IMG/VR virus record: IMGVR_UViG_3300033143_004212
Location: 19,405-83,404 of that record
DNA: 64,000 nucleotides
Reading direction: 5' to 3' (one strand)
Origin: a virus
This document shows, piece after piece, positions 33,152 through 43,292 of this stretch. The position numbers were made by a program, and so were the translations under genes. The first letter of the stretch is position 1. The number at the start of each line of letters is the position of its first letter. A model generated the notes under the pieces. That model was not told the DNA's origin. It worked only from the letters and a program-made list of their open reading frames with translations, and did no database searches.

Positions 33152-33844
33152 ATGTCAGATATTAAATTAATAATATTAGATATTGGTTACAAAGAAGATG
33201 CCTTTGGATTAAAAAAAGGAACTAAAGTATGAACTAAAGAATTCAAATTCAATAGTAAAGTTGCAAAACTTATAAAGAAAATTTTAGAATTAAATGGAGT
33301 AAAAGTAATTTTAACGCAACCATTAAACACATCTAAGATTTCTTTAAATGAAAGAATTATTTTAGAAAAAGAATTAAATCCAAAAGCAGACGGATTAGTT
33401 TCCATGCAAGCTGATTGGAATTCAGAAGAAGCTACTGAAGGTAGTTGGATTTTTTATTGGCACACTTCTCAAGAAAGTGGGAAATTAGCCGCTCTTATAG
33501 ATAGAGCATTAGTTGATTGTTCGAACAATGAGCACCGAGATATAACGGCATCTATGCCAGACTCTTGGAACGATTTCCAAATTTTAAGAGAAACAAATTG
33601 TCCTTCTGTATTAATTGAGTATGGTTATATCGATAATAAAGATAGAATGAGAATATTTAGAAATAGATATTTTGCTTTAGATTGTGCGAAATCAACTTCT
33701 GAGGGGATTTTACAATTTTTAGGAATAAAGAATTATACTTTAAAAACAAAAGGAAAAAGAATTATAAAAGTAATCAAAGGTTTAATAAAACTTTTGAATA
33801 AAATATTAAACAAAATAGAAAAAGGAGGAAACAAATGAATCTAG
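33152..33844 (+). CDS. Amidase_3-like protein lacking both Zn-binding His (pseudo-amidase), TGA at 33230 and 33836
   Basis: LDIGY in place of DxGH and SMQAD in place of SIHAN. KEF and VLIEYGY are retained. Confidence 0.75.
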
Positions 33845-34194
33845 CTATTGTTTTTGCTTTTTTAATGGTTATAGCTATTGTAGCTTATTTACGATATTTA
33901 TCACCTTATTTAAGAGTTAAAGGATTAGACTACTACAGTGAAGTTAGATTAGCTTTAATGCTTACTGGCTATGTTTTTAGAGAGAAAAAGGTAAAAGATA
34001 TTGCAAGAGTAGCTTTATTAGTAGTAACAGAATTAGAGGAACTATCAATATCCCCTGAAGAGAAACATGTAGAGGGCGTTGAAAGACTAAGTATTAAATT
34101 ATTAGAAGAATTCAACTTAGAATTAGAAGAAGGTGCATTAGATCTATTGATACAAGTAGCAGTAGCAATGCTACCAAAAACTAACATAGAATAA
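33835..34194 (+). CDS. Holin-like protein (single N-terminal TM, LL-H-like)
   Basis: Hydrophobic N-terminus, then V..LE....EEK...LDLLIQVAV. Confidence 0.55.
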   Translation: MNLAIVFAFLMVIAIVAYLRYLSPYLRVKGLDYYSEVRLALMLTGYVFREKKVKDIARVALLVVTELEELSISPEEKHVEGVERLSIKLLEEFNLELEEGALDLLIQVAVAMLPKTNIE

Positions 34195-34212
34195 TAAAAG
34201 GAGGAACCCTAT

Positions 34213-34653
34213 ATGGCAGTAACTGCTAAAATGATGGGACAATGTTTAATAAAAGCTTTAAATAAAGAACTTGACTGGGATACAGATACTATTAAAGTTA
34301 TGCTTTATGAAGACGATCTTGTTATAGATCAAGACACTATGATATATCTAGACGATATAGTAACTGGAACAGAAGCTTCTGGAACAGGCTACACAGCAGG
34401 TGGAGACACTTTAGCTTCAAAGACTATAGATTATACTGCAGGAACTAATACAATCAAATTAGATGCGGCAGATACAACTTGGACAGCTTCAACAATAACT
34501 GCTATGTATGCAGTTATCTATCAAGATACAACAGTAGCATCAACAAGTGTATTAATAGCTTATGTTGACTTTGGTCAAAATGAGTCATCAAGCAATGGTG
34601 ACTTTAAAATAACATGGCATACAGATGGAATTGCAACTATAGTAGCATCATAA
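34213..34653 (+). CDS. Virion structural protein (DTDTIK / GYTAGG family)
   Basis: DWDTDTIKVML...E.SGTGYTAGG.TL...DAAD.TW..STITA.YAVIY...YVDFG. Confidence 0.65.
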   Translation: MAVTAKMMGQCLIKALNKELDWDTDTIKVMLYEDDLVIDQDTMIYLDDIVTGTEASGTGYTAGGDTLASKTIDYTAGTNTIKLDAADTTWTASTITAMYAVIYQDTTVASTSVLIAYVDFGQNESSSNGDFKITWHTDGIATIVAS

Positions 34654-34657
34654 TATA

Positions 34658-34682
34658 AAAGGACTATAATAGTCCTTTTTTT
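34658..34682 (+). terminator. Intrinsic terminator
   Basis: AAAGGACTA-TAA-TAGTCCTTT followed by a T run. Confidence 0.6.
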
Positions 34683-34710
34683 ATTTTATAACCCAAAGGA
34701 GGGAAAGTAG

Positions 34711-37068
34711 ATGGCAGAAGTAATTAAAACCTTTACATTTACTAGTACCTTAGAAGGTTGGACAGGAACTGATGAAGGTAAGGCATATGCTGTCAATACG
34801 TCAACAGATATTGGATTTGATGCGATTGGTCGTAACCAAGCAGGAACTCCAGATTGGACTTGGACAGGAGATTGGGAAGATTTAGGAGTAACGCCTGGTC
34901 ATACAGTAACAGAAGTATTATTATCATTTGATGTTAATTGTGATTTATATAATATTGTAGATGTTGCTAGTTTTACTTACACACTGACTGCAGGAGGAGA
35001 AACATCTCAAATTATTTGAGATCCAACAGCGACAGAGTCTTATAACACGAAAACAGGTATTTTAAAAGTATTTTCAACTGCGAAAGATAGTACTGGTACC
35101 CTTAGTTTAGTTATTTTAGGTGATATGGATACAGGTAATAATAGTGCCGCAGAGCTATCTGTAAATTTTGATAATGTTAAAATAACTATTACAACAGAAG
35201 CAGCATCAACGCCAGTAACAGTTAATGCAGTGACAAGTACAAATACTTCGAGTGCTCTGATTCCAACAATTCTTGCAATTAAGAATGTGGATATCACAGG
35301 AGTAACATCAACTAATACTTCAGATGCAGAAGTACCAATTATTGTTGCAGAAACTTCTACTAATATTTTAGCAGAGACATCAACTAATAATACAGTTGCT
35401 AAAGAACCTAGTATAAATACTATTAGAGCTCCTACCATTGATGCAGAAGTATCAACTTCTACTTCAGATGCGCAAGAACCTTCTATAAGTGCAAGTTTAA
35501 ATATAAATGGAGAAGTATCAACTTCAACAAGTGATACAAATATTCCTACATTAAGTACCGGAGCAGGTATAAGTGGAGAAGCATCTATTTCAAATACCGA
35601 TGCTAAAATTCCTACATTAAGTGTAGGAATAAACATTCCAGGAGAAACATCAACTTCAACAAGTGATGCTAAAATTCCTACATTAAGTTTTGATACAAGT
35701 GTTATTATTACAGGTGAAGTATCTATTTCAAATACTGATGCTAAAATTCCTACATTGAGCATAGAAATAAATGTAAATGGAGAAACATCTACTTCAACAA
35801 GTAATGCTAATGAACCTACTATAATTGTAGATACAAGTACAGATATTGCAGGCGAGGTAGCAATTTCAAATACGAATGCTCAAATTCCTTTATTAAGTTT
35901 AGGATTGAACATAAATGGAGAAACATCTACTTCAACAAGTAATACTAATATTCCTACACTAAGTGTAGAAATAAATATTTTAGGAGAAACATCTATTTCA
36001 ACAAGTGATGCTAACGAACCTGTATTGAGTTTAGGATTAAATATAGATGGAGAAACATCTACTTCAACAAGTAATGTTAACGTTCCTACATTAAGTTTAG
36101 GATTAAATATAGATAGTGAAGTAGCAACTTTAACGAATGATGCGAATATTCCTATATTAAGTACTGGAATAGGTATAAATGGTGAAATAGCAACTTCAAC
36201 AAGCAGTATTAATGAACCTGTTATTACAACAGTTAGAAATATTAATATTTCTAATGAGGTATCTACTTCAACGAGTAGTGCTAATATTCCTACATTAAGC
36301 TTTGGAGGAAGTGTTAATATTGCAGGAGAAACATCAATTTCGAATACGAATATTGAAACTCCTTCATTAAATATAGAAATAAATATAAGCAGTGAGGTAG
36401 CAACTTCAACAAATAATGCTAATGAGCCTACATTAAGTTTAGGATTAAATATAATTGGAGAAATATCAACTTCAACAAGTGATGCTTATGAAGCAATTAT
36501 AGATACAAAATCAAATGTCGATATTAGCGCGGAAACATCTATTACTAATACAACTGCAGAAGAACCTTTACTTAGTTTATCTACAGTAATAAATAATGAA
36601 ACATCAATTTCAAATACAAATATTGAAATCCCTGTAATATTTACAGAAACTAATATAAATATTAATAGTACAGTATCAAATTCAAATACAAATATTAATA
36701 TACCTATAATAGATGCTATAATAAATTCTTATATAAATTCTGTTTTAGTGACATCAAATACTGATGCTTTAGAACCAACTATTGAAACTATTATGAATGC
36801 ATTAATAAGTGCGGAAATAGCAGAATCCAATATAGAAATTCCTCTTCCTTTCTTTGGAGAGCCAATAAATATAGAAGTGAATGCAGAAATAGCAACTTCT
36901 AATAGTTTTGCTTTTGGAGATGCAGTCTATACAAGTATAGATGGAAGATTAAAGTATATTTCAGAAGTTATCGTATACGAATCTGTTAGAGATATATTAT
37001 TAGAAAGTAAAATTAGAAATATTCTTATTAAAGGATTAATAAGAAATATTAAAATACAATCAAAATAG
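34711..37068 (+). CDS. 785 aa fibre-like protein with about 20-aa tandem repeats, TGA at 35017
   Basis: ORFs 34711 and 35125 are joined in frame by QII[W]DPT. Repeat consensus INGETSTSTSDA.(I/E)PTLSLG. Confidence 0.8.
35220..36910 (+). repeat. Tandem repeat array with about 60-69 nt period
   Basis: Recurring gga gaa aca tc. act tca aca agt ... att cct aca tta agt units. Confidence 0.85.
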
Positions 37069-37076
37069 TTAGGAGG

Positions 37077-37406
37077 ATGAGAATGACTAGAGTCACAGTA
37101 GGAGATACAGTAAGACTTATTGTAGAATTCTATGATTTTAATGGAGACCCAATAGATCCAACATCTATAACTATAACAGTAGAAAATAAGCAACGAGAAA
37201 TTTTATTACAAGAATCAATTACTGGAGCAGATCATGTATTAAATGATAAAGGTCTTGCAATCCCTGGACAGTATTATTATGATTTTGAAACAACAGAAGT
37301 AGGAATCCAATACTACTATTTTAAGGGTACAATAAATGGAACTCCAGGATTAAGGAATGGAAGTTTTTCAGTTATGGATATAGACGGAACAGGAGGAAGA
37401 ATATAA
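37077..37406 (+). CDS. BppU-N/Ig-like adaptor protein
   Basis: VGDTVRL.VEFYD.NG.PIDP..IT...GQYYYDF resembles the 25931 product. Confidence 0.55.
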   Translation: MRMTRVTVGDTVRLIVEFYDFNGDPIDPTSITITVENKQREILLQESITGADHVLNDKGLAIPGQYYYDFETTEVGIQYYYFKGTINGTPGLRNGSFSVMDIDGTGGRI

Positions 37407-37631
37407 ATGGATATTCAAATAAATTATACGGATTACCCAGATGTAATTGAAACTATAGTTATCAATACAGGAACTAATCAAAAAATTACGATAAGCTTCC
37501 CGGCCGCGGATACAATTGAATTGCTATCTGAAGATACTTCAACTTTAGAAACAGTTACGCATACAATAACTAAAGAAGAATTAGCAGACATGATAGCGGT
37601 GCTTATTGAAGCATCAGGTCAAATAGAATAA
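37407..37631 (+). CDS. Hypothetical protein
   Basis: 74 aa, abutting the previous stop codon. Confidence 0.55.
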   Translation: MDIQINYTDYPDVIETIVINTGTNQKITISFPAADTIELLSEDTSTLETVTHTITKEELADMIAVLIEASGQIE

Positions 37632-37667
37632 AAAAAATAAAGAGTGATTAATTTCACTCTTTTTTTT
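37630..37667. terminator. Bidirectional terminator where the two genome arms converge
   Basis: A run, then AGAGTG-ATTAATTT-CACTCT, then a T run. Confidence 0.75.
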
Positions 37668-37671
37668 ACGT

Positions 37672-38397
37672 CTAATCTCAGTCTAAATATGTTTTTTCAT
37701 TTATTTTACTTGATCCGTATTTCCCAATACAGATTGCTTCGGCTTCATCATCTGTAACTTTTATTCCAAATTCTTTAAGTACGTATTGTTGGGCACTTCT
37801 TTTTAATTGCTGTCTATTTTGTCCTTTAATACCGCAGAATTTACGTCATTCAGAACTATAAACAGATTCATAAGAAATATCTAATGAATGTGCTACCAAT
37901 TTACATACTCCTAAAACCATTGAAAGAGTTTTAAACAATCCCACATTATGCTCTAGTTGTATATCTTCAAAATATATTATATCCGCATTTCTTTCTTCAA
38001 TAAAATTTTTTAATCATTTACTTATCATGTGTAATCTGTGTATTACATTTTTACTGCCTGCAAAATCCACTACTCCATAATCTGTTAAACTACCTGCCTC
38101 TCAAACAGAATATCCAATAAGTCTAGAAGATTGGTCAAAAGCCAATACTGTTTTAGCATTTTTTGGTTTTTCTATAATACCTCCAGTTGTTTTAATCTTC
38201 TCTCTTCGAGTATCTTGAACAGAAGAAATTTCTTTAACGGTAATTCTACCATTCCTATTAAATTGTTCTCGATACCTTTTAATAGTTTGTAATGAAGCTC
38301 CCATTTTTTCTGCTATCTCTTGATCGAATAAAAAGTCTTTAAATAATGATTCCATCTTTTCTAAATTCTCCATAGTTGGATTAAATCGTTCTTTCAT
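37672..38397 (-). CDS. RuvC-like Holliday junction resolvase with N-terminal HTH, 241 aa, 4 TGA (38101, 38014, 37846, 37678)
   Basis: LAFDQSS..IGYSV[W], FEDIQ, FKTL, SSE[W]RKFCGIKG, TDDEAEAICIG, ending LD[W]D then TAG. Confidence 0.85.
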
Positions 38398-38404
38398 TAT
38401 TTAC

Positions 38405-38854
38405 CTACTCTCCGGTAGAGCCGAATCCTCCTGCTCCTCTTTCTGTCTCTCCTAAATCTTCTAATTCTTCTACTACTTCCCATTCTTCTACAACCGCATA
38501 AGAGTTAAGAACCATTTGTGCAATCCTGTCTCCAATATTAATTGTATAAGGTTCATTACTTAAATTTACTAAAGGTACTCCAAGTTCACCTCTATAATCA
38601 CAATCAAGTGTACCAACACAATTAATTAAAGTGATACCATATTTAATTGCCAATCCACTTCTAGGTCTAATTTGCATTTCGATACCAAAAGGTAATTCAA
38701 CATAGAGCCCAGTTGAAATAATTGCTCTTTCCATTGGTTGTAAAGTAATATTCATAGTTGAATATAAATCTGCTCCAGAACTTCCTACAGTTTTATAGCG
38801 AGGTAATTTAGAATTTTTATCTTTCATATATACTTTTACTTTAACTCTATCCAT
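38405..38854 (-). CDS. dut: Trimeric dUTPase
   Basis: SSGADL, RPRSGLA, GTLDCDYRGE, GDRIAQ and RGAGGFGSTG. Confidence 0.95.
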   Translation of the reverse strand: MDRVKVKVYMKDKNSKLPRYKTVGSSGADLYSTMNITLQPMERAIISTGLYVELPFGIEMQIRPRSGLAIKYGITLINCVGTLDCDYRGELGVPLVNLSNEPYTINIGDRIAQMVLNSYAVVEEWEVVEELEDLGETERGAGGFGSTGE

Positions 38855-38857
38855 AGA

Positions 38858-39079
38858 TTACTCCTCTCCATTGAATATTTTCTTTAATTTAACGATATAA
38901 AAATCATCATAGACTTCGCCTTTCTTAGTTTTAGTTTTATGTTGACTAGTATAATCTTTTAATTCATATTGATCTTCATATTGGTTATCTTTTGCTGATT
39001 GGATTAAAGCTTCTGCTTCAGGTTCACTTTCGCATCTGTAAGTTTCTAATACTTCTTTTAAAATTCCCATTCTTTCCAT
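38858..39079 (-). CDS. Hypothetical protein
   Basis: 73 aa with AGGAG SD. Confidence 0.6.
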   Translation of the reverse strand: MERMGILKEVLETYRCESEPEAEALIQSAKDNQYEDQYELKDYTSQHKTKTKKGEVYDDFYIVKLKKIFNGEE

Positions 39080-39097
39080 TTGTATCTCCTTTTTTCT

Positions 39098-39352
39098 CTA
39101 GTAAGTTTTTATTTCAATTCTTGATTCTGAATAAACAGAATTCATAAATTCTTTATTAAGTCGTTCTATTGATCTTACAAAAATTTGAATCTTTTTATTT
39201 TTATCTTTTTTTAATTCTTTTTCAATAAATTCTTTAACTGCTGAATCATTATTATGAACTGTTTCAGTATAAGGTTCTGGTTTATTATCTTCTTTTATAA
39301 ATAGAACTACATCACGTGCAAAATTTGTTGAATTATTATAATAAATAATCAT
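39098..39352 (-). CDS. Hypothetical protein
   Basis: 84 aa, translationally coupled to its neighbour. Confidence 0.55.
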   Translation of the reverse strand: MIIYYNNSTNFARDVVLFIKEDNKPEPYTETVHNNDSAVKEFIEKELKKDKNKKIQIFVRSIERLNKEFMNSVYSESRIEIKTY

Positions 39353-39744
39353 TATATACCTTCTTTCACATCTACGGTAAAGAAATCTGCAGATACAAGG
39401 CTATAGCAAATCCCTCCTATCCAAAAATCTACTTTATTCTCGTCATCAAAAGAAGTATCTATTAATTGAATTTTTCCTACATACTTTTCTAAAAATTTGA
39501 ATACATCACTTGATTTTTCTAAATTAAGAAATAAAGTAATATAAAATGAATCTGATTCTCTATCATAAGGTTTTAAAATAAGGAATCTGTCAGATTCATA
39601 TTTAGATAAAAATTCTTTATCAATTATTTTGATTCTTTTTAATTTATCTTCAACAGAGATTTCATCAGGTAAGTTAGCTTCAATTAAATTATTAACTGTA
39701 AATCTTTCGTCATTATTCATTGTCTTTACCTTTCTCTTCTTCAA
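39352..39744 (-). CDS. Hypothetical protein (start probably ATG 39720)
   Basis: Operonic ORF. Confidence 0.55.
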   Translation of the reverse strand: MKKRKVKTMNNDERFTVNNLIEANLPDEISVEDKLKRIKIIDKEFLSKYESDRFLILKPYDRESDSFYITLFLNLEKSSDVFKFLEKYVGKIQLIDTSFDDENKVDFWIGGICYSLVSADFFTVDVKEGI

Positions 39745-40300
39745 GTTTTTTAGCTCTTTCTGCCTTTTCTGCTTTTTCTTTTTCTCTTTCTTCTTGTCTG
39801 CGCTTAATTCTTAATTCCTTACTTATTTTCTTTAGAGCAGACTCTGCAAGTAAGAAAGTTCTATAAACTGCACCATTCTTTTGTATCGCTCCAATTAAAA
39901 ATTGATCAAATGAAACTGGAGTATAAATTAGTTCATAAAGATCATTATCATAAATTCTTTCATCTTCTGCATAAGCAATAATTTGAATCTTACTTTCTTT
40001 ATCTCTAGTGATATTAATTCGATCAATTGCCGCAATAATCATAGCTGTTGTAGTATCTGCATTATGAATATCTAAAAGTATATAATCTGCTAATGCTATT
40101 GAAAGCATTAATCTATCTAATATTTCTTCACAATGTTTTAATTCTACTGTGTAATAAAAATCGCTTATCTCATGAAGACTTTGGAAATTTATGTGTCTCA
40201 TTCTGTTATTTTCTTTCAAATCTTTTAACTCTTTTCTTCTCATTTCTTTATTCGTTCTGCCATAAAAAGGACTAGCAATTAAACAAAGTTTGTCTTCCAT
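39713..40300 (-). CDS. Nucleoside 2-deoxyribosyltransferase-like protein (divergent)
   Basis: IASPF N-terminus, ADYILL...D.TT, D.R and QF.IGAI patterns. Confidence 0.45.
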   Translation of the reverse strand: MEDKLCLIASPFYGRTNKEMRRKELKDLKENNRMRHINFQSLHEISDFYYTVELKHCEEILDRLMLSIALADYILLDIHNADTTTAMIIAAIDRINITRDKESKIQIIAYAEDERIYDNDLYELIYTPVSFDQFLIGAIQKNGAVYRTFLLAESALKKISKELRIKRRQEEREKEKAEKAERAKKLEEEKGKDNE

Positions 40301-40340
40301 ACAATTCTCTCCTTTATTCTCATATTTTCCTTATATATAT

Positions 40341-40369
40341 ATTATAACATTTTTTTTTCAAAAAGTCAA
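40341..40369 (-). promoter_or_regulatory. sigma-A promoter
   Basis: TTGACT-17 nt-(TG-T)-TATAAT. Confidence 0.75.
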
Positions 40370-40380
40370 GTAATTCAGTT

Positions 40381-40406
40381 AAAAAAGAGAGAATTTATCT
40401 CTCTTT
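40381..40406 (-). terminator. Terminator after nrdJ
   Basis: AAAGAGAGA-ATTTA-TCTCTCTTT with an A run on the + strand. Confidence 0.6.
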
Positions 40407-42735
40407 ATTTTATTGGACATGCACCAGTATCACACGAACTACCAATGATTTCAAAATCTTCTCCTGTTTCGTATTTTGCGATTAGATGAGGTTTAAAATC
40501 TGACATTTCTTTTTTCATCTTTAAGTATGTTTCTTCATCTATTTCCTCGTAAGGTAATAATTCGAATGCATTATCATCTAATGATAAGAACGAAATTGCT
40601 ACAATGTCATCCCAATTGTTTCATACCCATTGTTCTACTTCTTCCCATTCATGATTTCTAACATGAACAGTAATTGAAGCATTATGATCTACATAATGTG
40701 TCATGAACATTTTGTATACTTCTAATTGTTCAATCGCGCTAACATCCATTTTTGTTTTTCCTTTTGGTGCTTTAACCGGAAATTCAACTACGTATGTTTT
40801 AACATTTGGTTCTGATTGTCCTACTTCTGGAACCATATTCCAACCTAAATCTCTTACAACTTTAGCCATTGGATCATTAGCACTAATTCTAACTCTTCTA
40901 ATATAGTAAGGAGAATGTGCAAAATGTAACCCACTTGATACTGTAGGTAATTGTGATAATGTACCTTCTGGTTTTACAGTTGTTGCTAATATAGGTTCAT
41001 TTCCTCCCATTACTTGTGCTATATCTTTTGCAGTCTTTTTAACTATTTTTTTCATATGAGCGAGTAATATCGCTTGTTTATCTTTATTTAATCCTGATAA
41101 ATTAACCATGTCTTGATATCCTGTCATAGATACACCAATTAATCTATCTCGTTTATTAACGCTATTCCATCTTGGAAGTTCCATTTCTATATTCGTCATT
41201 CTATATGCTGCTCTAGTTAATAATTCTAATGCACGGTCCATTCCTTTTCGATCTATGCTACCATCTTCATTAACAAACATTCTGATAACAAGAGTAACTA
41301 AATTACACATTCCTTTATTATCTAATAGTATTTCAGCGCACGGATTGAGTCCTACAAAATTATCTCTTCGTTTTTTAGCAGCTTCTTCATTTGAGAGTCC
41401 TGGTTCTCCTGTATATCTCATTTGTTGTATGTGCCAATGTAGCTGTTCTCTTTTAGGCTTATTTTTATAAATGATTGTATTGTTACTCATTTGTCTATGG
41501 ATGATTTCTTTATCAACTATCCATTGACCATCAATTTGTTTATATATATTGTTTTTAGCAGTCAATATATCTTGGTCATCATAATCAAATAGAATCATTT
41601 CGCTAGTTCTTCTAACTCCACCACTTACTACATTTTCTCCTATAATATTTGCTATATCCATGAGTTCATAAGTTTCTAAATATCTAATTGGATCAATTCC
41701 ATTTTTTAGAACTTTATCTATTTTTTCATACATATTCGTCAATGCAGTATGACCGCTTGCGTATCCACCGAAAGTTTTTAATCTTTCTCCTTTTGGTCGG
41801 ACACTATCATAATCGAATATAATTGTTTCAACAACTTTAAAATCATTTGCTGTTAAAATTTCAAAAAAGTATCTAATACTTCTTGCTCAACCTTTTTTAC
41901 TATCTCCAACTATAATTTTAACTACTGTATTATCATTATTAAATTTTAAAGTAGTATGTTCATCACGCTCGCTTCTAATTTTTTTTGGATTATAATTTTT
42001 ATTAATAATCTCAACATCTGTTCTGATTAAAGGTAGCATATCTTTTTGTTCTTTTGTAATCTTTAATCCCATTCCTGAACCAAGCATTAACAAATAAAAT
42101 AATTCATAAAAACATTCATAATCATTAACACTATCAAAAGCACAATTAAAATTACTTTGTGGACTAATTTCCGCAACTGGAGTTCCACCTATCCAGAATG
42201 TACGTCCTGATAAGAAACCTTTTAAATTATATATTAAATCGAATAATTCTTCTGCTTCACGCTTGCTACAATTACCAAGTGAACAATTATAATCTACCGC
42301 TCTCGCTACAGTTTCCCACCAACGTTCTCTTCTTTTCTCTCCTGGTAAATATCTAGAATATGTTCTGTAATAAACAAAGCTACCTATTTGATGCTCAAAT
42401 GGGTCTGGTAAATGTTTATATTTACTTATAAAATCTTCACTTAAAAATTGATATATTCTTTTAATTCTATTTTTCTTTTCATTCTTATAATTAATGTAAT
42501 CACTAGCAACTTCAAAAAAACCTTGCTCCATTAAAGAAATTTGTACAAATTTTTGAATTTCTTCGACGTGTACTTCATCTTTTGTAATCTTATCTATAAT
42601 TCCTGCTGAAATTAATTTAATTTCACTTAATTTTAGCAACGTATCAGATTCTTTAGCCGCACTTTTAATATTTCTTTCTATGACAGAAATATCGAAAGGG
42701 ACTTTTTTACCATTTCTTTTTATAACTATTGCCAT
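40405..42735 (-). CDS. nrdJ: Class II (B12-dependent) ribonucleotide reductase with ATP-cone, 776 aa, TGA at 41887 and 40621
   Basis: VIKRNG ATP-cone, YYRTYSR, FNCAF, GDSKKG[W], RP.GERLKTFGG.ASG, GGVRR, NPCAEI, TVKPEGT and C-terminal C..GACP. Confidence 0.92.
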
Positions 42736-42745
42736 ATGTTCTCTC

Positions 42746-43207
42746 CTAATCGATTGCTTTAAAGAATTCTATTTCTTCTCCATCTGCTAGCCCTTCCTTT
42801 AATGCTACTAAAGTTTCTTCTAAATTCTCTATCTCATAGATTTCATCTGGTTCACTTTCTATAGAGAATGCAAATTTAACATCTTCATTTCTAACAATAA
42901 AAAGCATCATTTCATATACATCTATTTCTTTCCAACCGCATATTTTTAAATCGAATCTATCATACAAGATATCTTGTAATCCTATGCCTTCAAGATAATT
43001 ATTATAATTATATGGTTCTTCTGCGAATCCTAAATTTCCTGTTGGTTCCATAACTACTAAGTCTATAACTTTACCATTCATATTATAAGATGTTTGAATT
43101 TCATTTCCATTTAAAGTTATTTCTAAAACTTTACTTTTATTTTCCAAATTATTTAAATATTCAATTAATTCTAAGAGATTAAATCTTTTATCTTCATACA
43201 ATACCAT
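42746..43207 (-). CDS. Hypothetical acidic protein
   Basis: 153 aa with AGGAGG SD. Confidence 0.6.
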   Translation of the reverse strand: MVLYEDKRFNLLELIEYLNNLENKSKVLEITLNGNEIQTSYNMNGKVIDLVVMEPTGNLGFAEEPYNYNNYLEGIGLQDILYDRFDLKICGWKEIDVYEMMLFIVRNEDVKFAFSIESEPDEIYEIENLEETLVALKEGLADGEEIEFFKAID

Positions 43208-43292
43208 TTGTATACCTCCTTTTATTATATACTATATTTTGTGCCCTTAAATAATTATAGCATATTTTTGAATAAAGCGGAATATGAGGAGT

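Noticed and set aside
35040-35762. 240-aa antisense ORF and other short opposite-strand ORFs in the track (e.g. 1608, 5647, 12493, 52066, 59396)
   Set aside because: They are shadows of real genes or repeats, with no SD and low-complexity translations.
35220-36910. CRISPR-like array
   Set aside because: The repeats are degenerate, codon-phased and coding, with no unique spacers or cas genes.
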